In this document: piece by piece, positions 8,740-19,392 of the stretch | How the letters are laid out: each line of letters begins with the position of its first letter | How positions within the stretch are numbered: the first letter of the stretch is position 1 | Assembly (NCBI GenBank): GCA_963783135.1 | Contig: CAWAMH010000007.1 | Location: forward strand, 1,044,672 to 1,108,671 | Direction: 5' to 3' | Length of the DNA stretch: 64,000 bases | Source of the DNA: an uncultured Chloroflexia bacterium | GTDB taxonomy: Bacteria; Chloroflexota; Limnocylindria; Limnocylindrales; CSP1-4 | Made by a program: the position numbers and the translations under genes | The notes under the pieces: model-generated | What the model was told of the DNA's origin: nothing | Seen by the model: only the letters and a program-made list of their open reading frames with translations | Databases searched by the model: none

Positions 8740-10167
8740 TCAGTAGATGGCGGTCTCGGGTCCGACCGCCTCCAGCCAGGCCTTGACGGTTCGCAGGAAC
8801 GCGGCGCCGCCGGCGCCGTCGTTCGCCCGATGATCGATCCCCAGGACCATGTTCATCACCGGGCGGATCGCGATCGCGTCACCCGTCGGCGACTCGACGA
8901 CGACCGCTCGCTTCGTGATCGCCTCCATCGTGAGGATGGCGACCTCCGGCACGTTGATGATCGGCATCGTCAGGTTCGAGCCAAGCCAGCCGGTGTTGTC
9001 GATGGTGAATGTGCCCCCACCGAAGTCGTCGAGCCGGAGCTTGCCGGCCCGGGCTCGGGCCGCGACATCGGCGATGGCCCGGTTCAACCCGGCGATCGAC
9101 AGCGCGTCGACGTCGCGGACGACCGGCACGATGAGGCCATCGTCGACGGCCACGGCGACCCCGACGTTGACCCGGCGCTTGGCCAGCAGCCCGGCGTCGG
9201 TCCAGTGGGCGTTGAACTCGGCGTGGCGACGCAGGGCCTCGACGCTCGCCTTCACGACGAACGGGACGTAGCTGAGCGACAAGCCCTCTCGAGCCTGGAA
9301 GTCGCGCTTCGCCGACTCGCGCAGCCGGACGAGGTTCGTGGCGTCGACCTCCATCGAGACGTACGCGTGCGGCACGGCCAGCGCCCGGGTCATCTGGGCG
9401 CTGATGCCCTTGCGCATCTGGGTCATCGGGACGAGGACCTCGTCCGCGCCGGGCGGGAACTCGATCGACGACGACGGGCTCGGGGTCGCGGCGCGCGGGC
9501 TGCCGGTCACCGGCGTCGTCGGCGGCGGCGCGGCCGAGGGGGCACCCTGGGCACCGACCGGCTGGCCGGTCCGGACGGACTCGACGTGGTCGATGACGTC
9601 CTCGCGGGTGATCCGCCCCCCGCCGCCCGTGCCGACGATCTGGGCGGCAGTGAGTCCGTGCTCTCGGAGGAGCCGACGGACCGCCGGCGTCATCCGGGCG
9701 TCGGGGTCGCCGCGGAGCTCCGTCGTCTCCGAGCCGGCGGCCATCGGGACCGCCGTCGGCGTGGCCGGGACCGGTCGCTCGTCCGACCCGGCCGGGCCGT
9801 TCGCGGCGGCCGGCGGCGCCGGCGGCTGCTGGGCGATCGTCAGCGCCGCCGCTTCCCGGGCCGCAGCCCCCGGGTCGCTCGCGGGCGCCGGAGCCGCAGC
9901 GTCGGCAGCGGCGCTGTCGGACGGCGCTGCGTCGCTCGTCTCGATGACCGCGATCTCGGCGTTGTTCGGGACCGTCTCGCCCTCCTCGACGAGGATCTCG
10001 GTCAGCGTGCCCTCGAACGGCGAGGGGACCTCGGCGTTGACCTTGTCGGTGATGACCTCGAGGAGCGGCTCGTAGCGCGCGACGTGGTCGCCGGGCTGCT
10101 TGAGCCATTTCCCGATCGTCCCCTCGGCGACGCTCTCACCGAGCTGGGGCATGGTCACCTTGGCCAC
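8740..10167 (-). CDS. 2-oxoacid dehydrogenase E2, dihydrolipoamide acyltransferase
   Basis: MPQLGESV...TDKVNAEVPSP lipoyl domain, TPAVRRL...GTGGGGRIT E3-binding domain, DHRANDG catalytic motif; GTG start with GGAGGA RBS. Confidence 0.93.
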   Translation of the reverse strand: MAKVTMPQLGESVAEGTIGKWLKQPGDHVARYEPLLEVITDKVNAEVPSPFEGTLTEILVEEGETVPNNAEIAVIETSDAAPSDSAAADAAAPAPASDPGAAAREAAALTIAQQPPAPPAAANGPAGSDERPVPATPTAVPMAAGSETTELRGDPDARMTPAVRRLLREHGLTAAQIVGTGGGGRITREDVIDHVESVRTGQPVGAQGAPSAAPPPTTPVTGSPRAATPSPSSSIEFPPGADEVLVPMTQMRKGISAQMTRALAVPHAYVSMEVDATNLVRLRESAKRDFQAREGLSLSYVPFVVKASVEALRRHAEFNAHWTDAGLLAKRRVNVGVAVAVDDGLIVPVVRDVDALSIAGLNRAIADVAARARAGKLRLDDFGGGTFTIDNTGWLGSNLTMPIINVPEVAILTMEAITKRAVVVESPTGDAIAIRPVMNMVLGIDHRANDGAGGAAFLRTVKAWLEAVGPETAIY

Positions 10168-10260
10168 GTGTCGGTCCTCCGGGGGGCGCGCTGCGAGGCG
10201 GCGAACAGGGCGGGTGTCATCGACGGATAGTGTCGCGCATCTGGCGGTGTCGCACCACCG

Positions 10261-13146
10261 ATGGCGGACCGCACCCGCGGGGTAGCATCGGGCGACGTGA
10301 GCCGCCTCCTTCGAGTCCTCGGCGTCCGCCCCGACGAGCTTCGGCTGGTCGCGCGGCTGGCCGCGGTCTTCGCCACGGTCGAGGCGGCCCGCGGCGTGGG
10401 CGAGATCGGCGCGGACACGCTGGTCCTCGGGCAACTCGGGCCGGGCTTCCTGCCCTATCTGTACGTCGGCCTCGGGCTCACGAGCCTGGTCGCCGCGCTG
10501 GCGTTCGGTGCCGCGGTGGGCCGGCTGCCGCGACGTCGCCTGTTCGTCGCCGTGATCGGGGGCGGCGCCGCGATCCTGGCCGCCGAGCGGGTCTTGCTCA
10601 TCAACGGGTCGGGCGCCGTGATCCCCGTCGTGTGGCTCACGGTGTATGTGATCGGCAGCCTCATCGGCACGCTTGTCTGGGCGCTCGCCGGCTGGGTGCT
10701 CGACGCCCGCCAGGCGAAGCGGCTGTTCCCGCTATGCGCCAGCGCCGCGATCCTCGGCGGCTTCGTCGGGATGATCTCGGCGGGCCCGCTGGCCCGAGCC
10801 GGCGGCACGGACGACCTGATCCTCGTCCAGGCCGTGCTCCTCGGCGTCGGCGCCTGGCTGACGTGGGGTGTCAGCCGCGCCGGGCGGACATCGACCGGAC
10901 GGCATCGCCCGCGGTCGATCACGGCCGAGCTGCGGATCGGCTTCGACCATGTCCGGATGTCGCCGCTCATGCGCCTGATCGCGGTCGCCTACGTCCTGTT
11001 CGCGATCCTGTTCTTCTCGGTGTCCTATCCGTTCCTGACCGAGATGACTGCGGCGTTCCCGGCCGAGGCCGACCTGGCGACGGCGCTCGGGCTGTTCAGC
11101 GCCGCCACGACGGCCGTGTCGTTCCTGGTCGCCGTGCTGCTCGCCAACCGGCTGTTCGCCCGGTTCGGCATCGCCTCGGTCGCGCTCGTCCTGCCGGTGG
11201 TCTACCTGGCCGGCTTCGGTGTCTGGTTCGTTCGGTTCGGGCTGGCGACGGCGGTCGGCTTCCGGTTCGTCCAGCAGGTGACCCAGCGAGGCGTCTCGAA
11301 CGCGGCCTGGAGCGCCTTCTACAACGTCGTCCCGAGCGACCGACGAGCCCAGGTCCTCGCGTTCATGGACGGCGTCCCAGGCCAGCTCGGGATCGCCCTG
11401 GCCGGCCTGCTCCTGCTCGCGGCCGGCGACCTGCTGTCGCAGTCGATGACGTTCGTCCTCGGGGCGGTCGCCGCGGTCGCGCTGACCTGGGTGGTGTTGC
11501 GCATCCGCGGCGCCTACGCGGACAGCCTGCTGCGGACGCTGCGCGAAGGACTCGCCGAGCAGCTCCTCGAAGGCGGGCCGGGTCTCATCGGGCTCGGCAG
11601 CGATCCGAAGGTCATCGCCGCGTTGCGGGTCGGGCTCAGCGAGCCGAACGCGGGCGTCCGCCGCCTGTCGGTCGACCTCCTCGGCCGACTGGCCGCGACC
11701 GACGCGGCCGATGCCGTGACCGCACTCCTCGACGACCCGGTCCCGGATGTCCGGGCCGCGGCGATCCGGGCGCTGGCGGCGATGCACCGGCCGCTGCGGC
11801 CGGACACGGTCGACCGGCTCGCGGAGGATCCCGACCCGACGGTCCGGGCCGAGCTCGCCGTCGTCCTGATCGCGAGCGCGGATCCTGATCGAGGCCGGTC
11901 CCTGCTCGGGGCCCTGGTCCACGGGCCGGACGTCCCCGCGCGGGTCGCGGGTCTCGAGGGCTGCGCCCGATCCGGCGAAGGCGCGCCTCGGGACTGGATC
12001 TTCGATGGGCTCGCCAGCGAGACGCCCGAGGTCCGGGCCGCCGCCGTCCGTCTGCTCGCGGCTCAGCCGTACGCCGCCGACAGTGCCCTGGCCGATCTCG
12101 TCCGCTGCCTGGACGACGACTCGGCGATGGTCCGGAGCGCCGGGACCCGGGCGTTGGAAGCGATCGGGCCGGCGGGGCGGAGCCGCGCGCTCGAGGTCCT
12201 GCGGTCCGGCAGCGAACGGGCCCAGACCGCGGCGCTCGGCGTGCTCGACGGTCATCCCGAGGAGGTCAGATCCGAGCTCGTCCCGTGGGCGGTCGTCCAG
12301 GTCGATCGGGCGGCCGACATCCGCACCTGGCGCCGCGCGCTGGCGGCTCGGCCCGACCTGCCGGAGGGCGACGACGACGCGCTGCTGGCGTTCCTCGATT
12401 CCGTGTTGGCCGAGCGCGGGTCGCGGATCGACGATCGGCTCGTCCATGCCCTCGCGATCCTCGGCGCGCCGGACGACGGCGCGATGATCCGTCGTTGCCT
12501 GCGCTCCGACGATCCGGAGACCAGGGCGATGGCCATCGAGGCGCTCGACAGCCTGGGCGAGCGACGACTGAGCCGGGCCGTCGTCCATCTCCTCGAGGGC
12601 GAGCCCGACGACCGACCGTCGAGTACAGTCGAGACGCTCCGGACGTTGAGCGACGATCCGGACCCGTGGATCCGGGCGCTCGCCCGGCGGATCGCCGGTT
12701 CGGACTCGGAGGGACGGATGCCGGACACGACTGACACGCTCGATGGGATCGCCAGGATGCTCGTCCTCCGCCGGGTCCCGCTGTTCAGCGAGCTCGCGCC
12801 CGAGGACCTCCAGCGGATCGCCGCGGGGGCCACGGAGCACCTCTATCCGGCCGGAGAGGCGCTCGTCCGCGAGGGTGAGCCGGGCCAGGAGATGGTCGTC
12901 ATCGTCGAGGGCTCCGTCCGGGTCGTCCGAGCCACCGGCGAGTACGTTCGGTCGTATGCCGCGGGCGATCACATCGGCGAGCTCGCCGTGCTTCGTGAGC
13001 AGCCCCGGGCAGCCACGGTCGTCGCCGACGGCGACGTCCGCGGGTTGATCATCGACGGCGTGGGCCTCAAGGCCATCCTGCGCGAGCGTCCGGAGGCCGC
13101 GATGGCGATGCTGGCGACGCTGGCCGAGCGGATCGGCACGGCCTGA
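10261..13146 (+). CDS. MFS/Npt1-like membrane domain + HEAT repeats + C-terminal cyclic-nucleotide-binding domain
   Basis: About 12 TM segments with DARQAKRLFP; repeated DPxPxVRAAA HEAT units; VPLFSEL...GELAVL...PRAATV cNMP fold; alternative GTG start at 10297. Confidence 0.82.
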   Translation: MADRTRGVASGDVSRLLRVLGVRPDELRLVARLAAVFATVEAARGVGEIGADTLVLGQLGPGFLPYLYVGLGLTSLVAALAFGAAVGRLPRRRLFVAVIGGGAAILAAERVLLINGSGAVIPVVWLTVYVIGSLIGTLVWALAGWVLDARQAKRLFPLCASAAILGGFVGMISAGPLARAGGTDDLILVQAVLLGVGAWLTWGVSRAGRTSTGRHRPRSITAELRIGFDHVRMSPLMRLIAVAYVLFAILFFSVSYPFLTEMTAAFPAEADLATALGLFSAATTAVSFLVAVLLANRLFARFGIASVALVLPVVYLAGFGVWFVRFGLATAVGFRFVQQVTQRGVSNAAWSAFYNVVPSDRRAQVLAFMDGVPGQLGIALAGLLLLAAGDLLSQSMTFVLGAVAAVALTWVVLRIRGAYADSLLRTLREGLAEQLLEGGPGLIGLGSDPKVIAALRVGLSEPNAGVRRLSVDLLGRLAATDAADAVTALLDDPVPDVRAAAIRALAAMHRPLRPDTVDRLAEDPDPTVRAELAVVLIASADPDRGRSLLGALVHGPDVPARVAGLEGCARSGEGAPRDWIFDGLASETPEVRAAAVRLLAAQPYAADSALADLVRCLDDDSAMVRSAGTRALEAIGPAGRSRALEVLRSGSERAQTAALGVLDGHPEEVRSELVPWAVVQVDRAADIRTWRRALAARPDLPEGDDDALLAFLDSVLAERGSRIDDRLVHALAILGAPDDGAMIRRCLRSDDPETRAMAIEALDSLGERRLSRAVVHLLEGEPDDRPSSTVETLRTLSDDPDPWIRALARRIAGSDSEGRMPDTTDTLDGIARMLVLRRVPLFSELAPEDLQRIAAGATEHLYPAGEALVREGEPGQEMVVIVEGSVRVVRATGEYVRSYAAGDHIGELAVLREQPRAATVVADGDVRGLIIDGVGLKAILRERPEAAMAMLATLAERIGTA

Positions 13147-13155
13147 TCGGCGACG

Positions 13156-15846
13156 ATGGACGATCCCTCGAGCGCGCTCCCGACCGGGACGATCACCTTC
13201 CTGTTCACCGACATCGAAGGCTCGACGGAGCTCGTCGAGCGGGTCGCGCCCGGTGCCTATCGCGCGGTCCTCGAGCGTCACCACACGATCCTGCGATCGG
13301 CCTGCGCCGCGCACGGCGGCGTCGAGCGCGGGACACAGGGCGACGCGTTCCTGGTCGTGTTCCGCGCTGCACCGTCGGCCGTCGCCGCGGCCGTCGAGGC
13401 GCAGCGGGCGCTGGCAGCCGAGCCCTGGCCGCCCGACGCGGTCGTCCGCGTGCGGATGGGTCTGCACGCCGGCGAAGGCGTCCCCGGTGGCGACGACTAC
13501 GTCGGGAGCGACATCAACCGGGCTGCCCGGGTGGCGGCGGCGGCGCACGGTGGCCAGGTCCTCCTGTCGGAGGCCGCGATGGCGCTCACGCGCCGCTCGT
13601 TGCCCCAGGGCGTCGACTTCGTGGACCTCGGCGAGCACCGCCTGCGCGGGCTCGTCGAGCCGGATCGGCTGTACCAACTGACGATCGACGGTCTGCCTGC
13701 AGAGTTCCCACCGATCCGGACCGTCCACGTCGAGCCGGCCCACCTCCCGCCCCGGATGACGAGCTTCGTCGGGCGCGAACGCGAGCTGGTCGAGCTCGAG
13801 AGGCTACTCGCCGAGAATCGCCTCGTCACCCTCCTGGGAGCCGGCGGAACGGGCAAGACAAGCCTTGCCGTCGAGCTTGCCCGGGGTGCGGCGGACGCCT
13901 TCCCCGATGGCGTGTGGTTCGTCCCGCTCGACGCGATCAGCGACCCGGACCTCGTGGGATCGTCGATCGTCGCCGCGCTCGGCCTGCGCGATGTGACCGG
14001 CCGATCGGCACGAGCGCGACTCCTCGACAACCTTGCCGATCGGACGCTGCTTCTCGTTCTCGACAACTTCGAACAGGTCCTCGCCGGCGCCGGCATCGTC
14101 GGCGAGGTCCTCGCCGGTGCACCGACGGTCAAGGCCATCGCCACGAGCCGAGCTCCCCTGCGGTTGGCGGCCGAACAGGTCTTCGCACTCGGACCGTTGC
14201 CCGTGCCCGGGCAGAGCGACGAGCCGAGGCCCGACGAGGTCGAGCGCGTCGCGTCCGTCCGGCTGTTCCTGGATCGGGTGCGACGGGCCCAGCCGTCGTT
14301 CACGCTGTCCGCACTGAACGTCGAGCCCGCGATCGACATCTGCCGTCGGCTCGATGGACTGCCCCTCGGGATCGAGCTGGCCGCGGCCAGGGTGCCGCTG
14401 CTCGGCGTCGCGGGCGTCCGTGACCGACTGGCCAAGCGGCTGGCCCTGCCGGGCAACGCCAACCTGGACGTCCCTGCTCGACAGCGAACGCTCCAGGATA
14501 CGGTCGCCTGGAGCCTGGACCTGCTCGAACCGGCCGCGCAGTCACTGTTCGCAAGCCTCGCCGTGTTCGTCGGGGGTTGCCGCCCGGAGGAGCTGGAAGC
14601 CGTGTGCGGCCCCGAGGTTCAAGCCGGCCGGGACGTCCTGGACGACATGGCGCATCTCGTCGACCAGAGCCTCGTGTCGGTGACCGAGCATGAAGGCGCG
14701 ATGCGCTTCGAGATGCTCGAAACCATCCGTGGCGCAGCCGCCGACCGGTTCGCCCAGGCGCCAGATCGCGCAGTCGTCGTCCGACGCCACGCACTGACCT
14801 ACCTTGCACTCGCCGAGGCCTGTGCGCCAGCGCTGCCGGGACGCGCCCGGGCGCTCACGCTCGAACGGATCGCCGTCGAGCTCGGCAACCTCAGGGCAAG
14901 CATGCGCTGGGCGATCGACAACGGCGAGGCCGAGATCGGACTCCGGTTGGCAACGGCACTGACGAGGTTCTGGAGCCTGCGCGGCGAGCTCGAGGAAGGA
15001 CGGTCGACGATCGCCTCCGCCCTCTCGATCCCGGGTGCCGACGCCCCGAGTCACGCGCGGATGCGGGCGATCGAGGCCGCCGGCACCCTGGCCTACTACT
15101 CGGGGCGGCAGGACGAGGCAGCGCGCGACTACCAGGCGCAACTCGACCTGGCCCGCCAGCTCGATGACCAGCTTGGGGTCGCGGACGCCCTGTTCAACCT
15201 GCCGTTCACCGTCGATCCCCATGACTGGGCCGAGGTCACCTGGATGATCGACGAGGCCCAAGGGATCTACGAACGCCTCGGCGAGGTGGGCAACGTGGCC
15301 CGGCTCACGTGGCTCCGCGGTGCCACGCTCGCGGCCGCGGGCCGACGCGGCGAGGCCCTGGAGACCTGGACCGAGGCGTACGAAGCCTCGCGCGAGGCTG
15401 ACGACCTCTACTATGCGGCGCTCGCGGCGAGCAGCCTGGCAACGACGAGCCTCGACGCCGGGGACCGCGACGCGGCGGCCCGATGGTTCATCACGGCACT
15501 GGGCATCGCCCGACAGGTCTCTGACATCACGGGGATGACCGTCGCCCTGCCGGTCGCCGCGATGGTGGCGATCGAGCTCGTCGGGCTGGAACCCGGCGCC
15601 GTGATCATGGGCGCCTATCAGAACCAGTCCAAACGGTTCGGCGTCAAACCACCAGCAGGTCTGGGCAGGGTCATCGAACAGGGCGACCCACTCGGACGCC
15701 TCAACGCCGAGCTCGACCCCGAGCGACTCGAAGCAGCGCTCGAGCGCGGGCGAGCGATGACCCCCGACGAGTCCACCGCGTTCGTGCTGGGGCTGTTCGA
15801 CGGGATCCGGCCGCCGAGCGAGACGCCGGGAGCGAGCGATCGATGA
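13156..15846 (+). CDS. Class III adenylate/guanylate cyclase-domain STAND ATPase with TPR-like C-terminus
   Basis: TFLFTDIEGST, GDAF, VRMGLHAG; GAGGTGKT Walker A, LLVLDNFEQV, LDGLPLGIELAA. Confidence 0.88.
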   Translation: MDDPSSALPTGTITFLFTDIEGSTELVERVAPGAYRAVLERHHTILRSACAAHGGVERGTQGDAFLVVFRAAPSAVAAAVEAQRALAAEPWPPDAVVRVRMGLHAGEGVPGGDDYVGSDINRAARVAAAAHGGQVLLSEAAMALTRRSLPQGVDFVDLGEHRLRGLVEPDRLYQLTIDGLPAEFPPIRTVHVEPAHLPPRMTSFVGRERELVELERLLAENRLVTLLGAGGTGKTSLAVELARGAADAFPDGVWFVPLDAISDPDLVGSSIVAALGLRDVTGRSARARLLDNLADRTLLLVLDNFEQVLAGAGIVGEVLAGAPTVKAIATSRAPLRLAAEQVFALGPLPVPGQSDEPRPDEVERVASVRLFLDRVRRAQPSFTLSALNVEPAIDICRRLDGLPLGIELAAARVPLLGVAGVRDRLAKRLALPGNANLDVPARQRTLQDTVAWSLDLLEPAAQSLFASLAVFVGGCRPEELEAVCGPEVQAGRDVLDDMAHLVDQSLVSVTEHEGAMRFEMLETIRGAAADRFAQAPDRAVVVRRHALTYLALAEACAPALPGRARALTLERIAVELGNLRASMRWAIDNGEAEIGLRLATALTRFWSLRGELEEGRSTIASALSIPGADAPSHARMRAIEAAGTLAYYSGRQDEAARDYQAQLDLARQLDDQLGVADALFNLPFTVDPHDWAEVTWMIDEAQGIYERLGEVGNVARLTWLRGATLAAAGRRGEALETWTEAYEASREADDLYYAALAASSLATTSLDAGDRDAAARWFITALGIARQVSDITGMTVALPVAAMVAIELVGLEPGAVIMGAYQNQSKRFGVKPPAGLGRVIEQGDPLGRLNAELDPERLEAALERGRAMTPDESTAFVLGLFDGIRPPSETPGASDR

Positions 15847-15864
15847 CCGAGCCGACGCCTGTGC

Positions 15865-16848
15865 TCAGTACGCGGCGAGCTTGCGGATGCCCGCCAGGAT
15901 CTTCTCGGGATCGACCATGAACCAGTCCTCGAGGACGTGGTTGTAGGGCACGCCTGGGACATCGGGGCCGGCGATCCGGGTGACCGGTCCGTCGAGGTAG
16001 TCGAAGGCCTCCTCGGCGACGATCGCCGCGATCTCGGCGCCGTAGCCGCCGAACCGATTGTCCTCGTACGTGACGAGGCACTTGCCGGTCTTGCGCACCG
16101 ACGCGAGGACGGTCTCCTTGTCGAGCGGGCGGAGTGTCCGGAGATCGACGACCTCGACGCTGATCCCCTCCTCCGCCGCTCGGTCGGCGGCCTCCAGTGC
16201 GTAGTGGGCCATCAGGCCATAGGCGATGACCGTGACCTGCGACCCGGGGTGAGTCACCCGGGCGCGCCCGAGCGGCACGACGAAGTCGCCGTCGGGCACG
16301 TCGCCTCGAACGGAGCGGTACATCTTCTTGTGCTCGAAGAACAGCACCGGGTCGTCGTCCCGGATCGAGCTCCGGAGCAGGCCCCGCGCGTCGTGCGGCG
16401 TCGACGGGACGACGACCTTCAACCCCGGGACGTGGGTGAAGAACGCCTCGACCGACTGCGAGTGATAGAGCGCGCCGTGGACTCCGCCGCCGTACGGCGC
16501 TCGGATCGTCATCGGCACGCCGACGGCGTTGTTCGAGCGGTAGCGCATCCGGGCCGCCTCGGACACGATCTGATTGAACGCGGGATGGATGAAGTCGGCG
16601 AACTGGATCTCGGCCACCGGCCGGAGCCCGTTCACGGCCGCCCCGATCGAGGCCCCGACGATCATCGACTCGGTCAGCGGCGTGTCGATCACCCGGTCGT
16701 CGCCGAACTCGGCCCAGAGCCCATCGGTCGCCAGGAAGACGCCGCCCTTCTTGCCGACGTCCTCGCCCAGCACGATGACGCTCTCGTCACGGCGCATCTC
16801 CTCGGCGAGCGTGTCCCGGATCGACTCGATGAACGTCATGAGCGCCAT
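15865..16848 (-). CDS. 2-oxoacid (branched-chain type) dehydrogenase E1 beta subunit
   Basis: LGEDVGKKGGVF, DTPLTES, EIQFADF, HSQS, FFEHK, DLRTLRPLD. Confidence 0.93.
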   Translation of the reverse strand: MALMTFIESIRDTLAEEMRRDESVIVLGEDVGKKGGVFLATDGLWAEFGDDRVIDTPLTESMIVGASIGAAVNGLRPVAEIQFADFIHPAFNQIVSEAARMRYRSNNAVGVPMTIRAPYGGGVHGALYHSQSVEAFFTHVPGLKVVVPSTPHDARGLLRSSIRDDDPVLFFEHKKMYRSVRGDVPDGDFVVPLGRARVTHPGSQVTVIAYGLMAHYALEAADRAAEEGISVEVVDLRTLRPLDKETVLASVRKTGKCLVTYEDNRFGGYGAEIAAIVAEEAFDYLDGPVTRIAGPDVPGVPYNHVLEDWFMVDPEKILAGIRKLAAY

Positions 16849-17933
16849 CAGCCGGCATCTCCGGCGCGGTTCTGGCCGGTGCCCCACGGCGGCGGGCCCT
16901 CCGACGGCCAATCCTCGGCGTAGACCCAGTCCATCGCCGTCGACGGATCCGGGTCCGGCTCGCCCTCGGCGAACTCGGTCGCGTCCTCGACGAGCCCGGA
17001 GAGCTCGGCCACGAGGGCCTCCTCGATCGGGCCGGTCAGGACGCCGGCCGCGCGGAGCTGGTCGCGGAAGTGGGGCAGCGCGTCGCGGCCCTTCTCCTCG
17101 GCCAGCTCCTCCTCGGAGCGGTACTTCGTCTGTTGGTCGTCCGAGGAGTGCCCGGTCAGCCGGGTGACCTTCGCCTCGATGAGCGTCGGGCCCTCGCCGG
17201 CTCGTGCCCGGGTGACGGCAGTTCGAGCCGCCGCATAGCAGGCCAGCACGTCCGAGCCGTCGACGACGACGCCAGGGATGCCGTAGCCGGCCGCTCGCAT
17301 CGCGACGTCGGGGACCGACACCTCGCGCACGGCTGGGACGCTGATCGCGTAGCCGTTGTTCTCGACCAGGAAGACGAACGGCAGCTTGTGGATCGCGGCG
17401 AAGTTGAGGGCCTCATGGACATCGCCCTGGTTCGACGAGCCCTCGCCCATCGCCGCGAGGGCGACCTGGCCCGTGCCCCGGATCTTCGCCGCGAGGGCGA
17501 TCCCGACGGCATGGAGGATCTGGGTCGCCACCGGCGAGCTGACCGACAGGAGGTTGTGCCGTCGATCGCCGTAGTGGCCCGGCATCTGGCGGCCGCCCGA
17601 CGACGGATCCGATGCCTTGGCGTACTGCGCCAGCATGATGTCGCGCGGGCTCATCCCGAAGGTCAGGCACATCGCGATCGAGCGATAGAACGGCGCGATC
17701 CAGTCGTGGCCCTTCTCGAACGCCCAGGTGACCCCGACCTGCGCGCCCTCGTGGCCCTGGCCGCTGATCACGAACGGGATCCGTCCGGCGCGATTGAGGA
17801 TCCACATCCGCTCGTCCACCGCCCGGGCGAGCGCCACCATCCGGAACATCGCGATGAGATCGTCATCGGTCAGGCCGAGGTCCGCCCCGAACCGGCTCGT
17901 CGCCGTCGCCTTCGCGGGGTCGGTGGCCGTCAT
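16848..17933 (-). CDS. 2-oxoacid (branched-chain type) dehydrogenase E1 alpha subunit
   Basis: GRIPFVISGQGHEGAQ, GEG...N ThDP motif (GEGSSNQG...ENNGYAIS), GHSSDD. Confidence 0.93.
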   Translation of the reverse strand: MTATDPAKATATSRFGADLGLTDDDLIAMFRMVALARAVDERMWILNRAGRIPFVISGQGHEGAQVGVTWAFEKGHDWIAPFYRSIAMCLTFGMSPRDIMLAQYAKASDPSSGGRQMPGHYGDRRHNLLSVSSPVATQILHAVGIALAAKIRGTGQVALAAMGEGSSNQGDVHEALNFAAIHKLPFVFLVENNGYAISVPAVREVSVPDVAMRAAGYGIPGVVVDGSDVLACYAAARTAVTRARAGEGPTLIEAKVTRLTGHSSDDQQTKYRSEEELAEEKGRDALPHFRDQLRAAGVLTGPIEEALVAELSGLVEDATEFAEGEPDPDPSTAMDWVYAEDWPSEGPPPWGTGQNRAGDAG

Positions 17934-17949
17934 CTCGGCTCCGTCGCTG

Positions 17950-19392
17950 TCAGACGTTGATCGACCGCCCACCGACCGCGAGGGCCGCCTCACCGAGGAC
18001 CTCCGACAGCGTCGGGTGGGGGTGGGTCGACCCGCCGATCTCGCCCGGCGTGGCCTCGAGCTCGAATGCGACCGACGCCTCCGCGATGAGATCTGTGGCA
18101 TGCGGCCCGATGATGTGGACCCCGAGGGTGTCGCCCGACTCGGGGCTGCCGATGACCTTGGCGAAGCCTTCGTACTCGCCACCGATGAGTGCCTTGGCGA
18201 TCGCCTGGAACGGAGCCTTGCCGACGGTAAAGGCGATGCCCCGCTCCTCGCACTGCTGCTCGGTCAGGCCGATCGAGGCGATCTCGGGCCGGCAGTAGGT
18301 CGCGCGTGGCTGGTCCGCGTAGTCGATGGCGTGGACGTCCGGGTCTCCGGCGATCGTGTGCGCGGCGACGATCCCTTCGTGGCCGGCCGTGTGGGCGAGC
18401 CACAGGCCCCCGACGATGTCGCCGATCGCGTAGAGGTGCGGTTCGCGGGTCCGCATCTGGCCGTTGACCTTGACGATCCCGCGCTCCACCTCGGCCTTCG
18501 TCGTCTCGAGCCCGACGTCCTCGATGTTGGCGGCCCGTCCGGCGGCCACGAGCAGCGCCTCGGCGGCGACCTTCTCGGTGGGCTTGCCCTCCGGACCGAC
18601 GTCGATGCTGACGCCCTTCGCGCCGACCTTGACCGAGGCAGGATCGAACCGAGCGCTCGTCATGACCGCGATGCCGCGCTTCGTGAAGCTCCGCTCGAGC
18701 AGCTTGCTGACCTCACGATCCTCGAGCGGGACGATCGCCGGGAGGTATTCGAGCAGCGTCACCTGGGTCCCGATATCGTGATAGAAGCTGGCGAACTCCA
18801 CCCCGACGGCGCCGCCGCCGACGATGATCAGGCTGGCCGGCGCACGGTCGAGCCGGAGCACGTCGTCCGAGGTCAGGATCCGCTCGCCATCCGGATCCAG
18901 GCCCGGCAGGCTCTTGACCCGGCTGCCGGTCGCCAGGATCACATCCGTGGCCTGGAGCAGCCGCTCGCCGCCGACGCCCGGCGTACCGTCCTCGCCGGCC
19001 TGCATCACCCGGACCCGGCCTGGGCCGTCGAGGCGGCCGCGACCCTGGATCCAGGTCACCTTGTTCTTGGTGATCAGGCTCTTGAGCCCCGTCCACATCC
19101 GCTTCACGACCTGGTCGCGGCGCTGGGCCATCGTCGCGTAGTCGACCGCGGGCTCGCCGGGGAGCACGACGCCGTAGTCCTTGAGGTGGCGCGCCCGGTT
19201 CATCATCTCGGCCGACTCGAGCAACGCCTTCGTCGGGATGCAGCCGCGATGGAGGCACGTCCCGCCGACCTTGTCCTCGTCGACGAGAGCGACCCGGAGA
19301 CCGAGCTGCGCGGCGCGGAAGGCGGCGGTGTAGCCACCCGTACCGGCGCCCAGGACGACCAGGTCGAAGTCGTTGCTCGAGCCGACGGCCAT
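17950..19392 (-). CDS. lpdA: Dihydrolipoyl dehydrogenase (E3)
   Basis: GAGTGG, GGTCLHRGCIPTK, GGGAVGVE, HPHPTLSE. Confidence 0.96.
   Translation of the reverse strand: MAVGSSNDFDLVVLGAGTGGYTAAFRAAQLGLRVALVDEDKVGGTCLHRGCIPTKALLESAEMMNRARHLKDYGVVLPGEPAVDYATMAQRRDQVVKRMWTGLKSLITKNKVTWIQGRGRLDGPGRVRVMQAGEDGTPGVGGERLLQATDVILATGSRVKSLPGLDPDGERILTSDDVLRLDRAPASLIIVGGGAVGVEFASFYHDIGTQVTLLEYLPAIVPLEDREVSKLLERSFTKRGIAVMTSARFDPASVKVGAKGVSIDVGPEGKPTEKVAAEALLVAAGRAANIEDVGLETTKAEVERGIVKVNGQMRTREPHLYAIGDIVGGLWLAHTAGHEGIVAAHTIAGDPDVHAIDYADQPRATYCRPEIASIGLTEQQCEERGIAFTVGKAPFQAIAKALIGGEYEGFAKVIGSPESGDTLGVHIIGPHATDLIAEASVAFELEATPGEIGGSTHPHPTLSEVLGEAALAVGGRSINV

Noticed and set aside
10732-13743. Very long antisense or alternative-frame ORFs (also 7630-10230, 17728-20685, 26880-30152, 61620-63944)
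   Set aside because: Shadow ORFs of high-GC coding sequence; Arg/Pro/Gly-rich with no motifs, overlapping well-supported genes.
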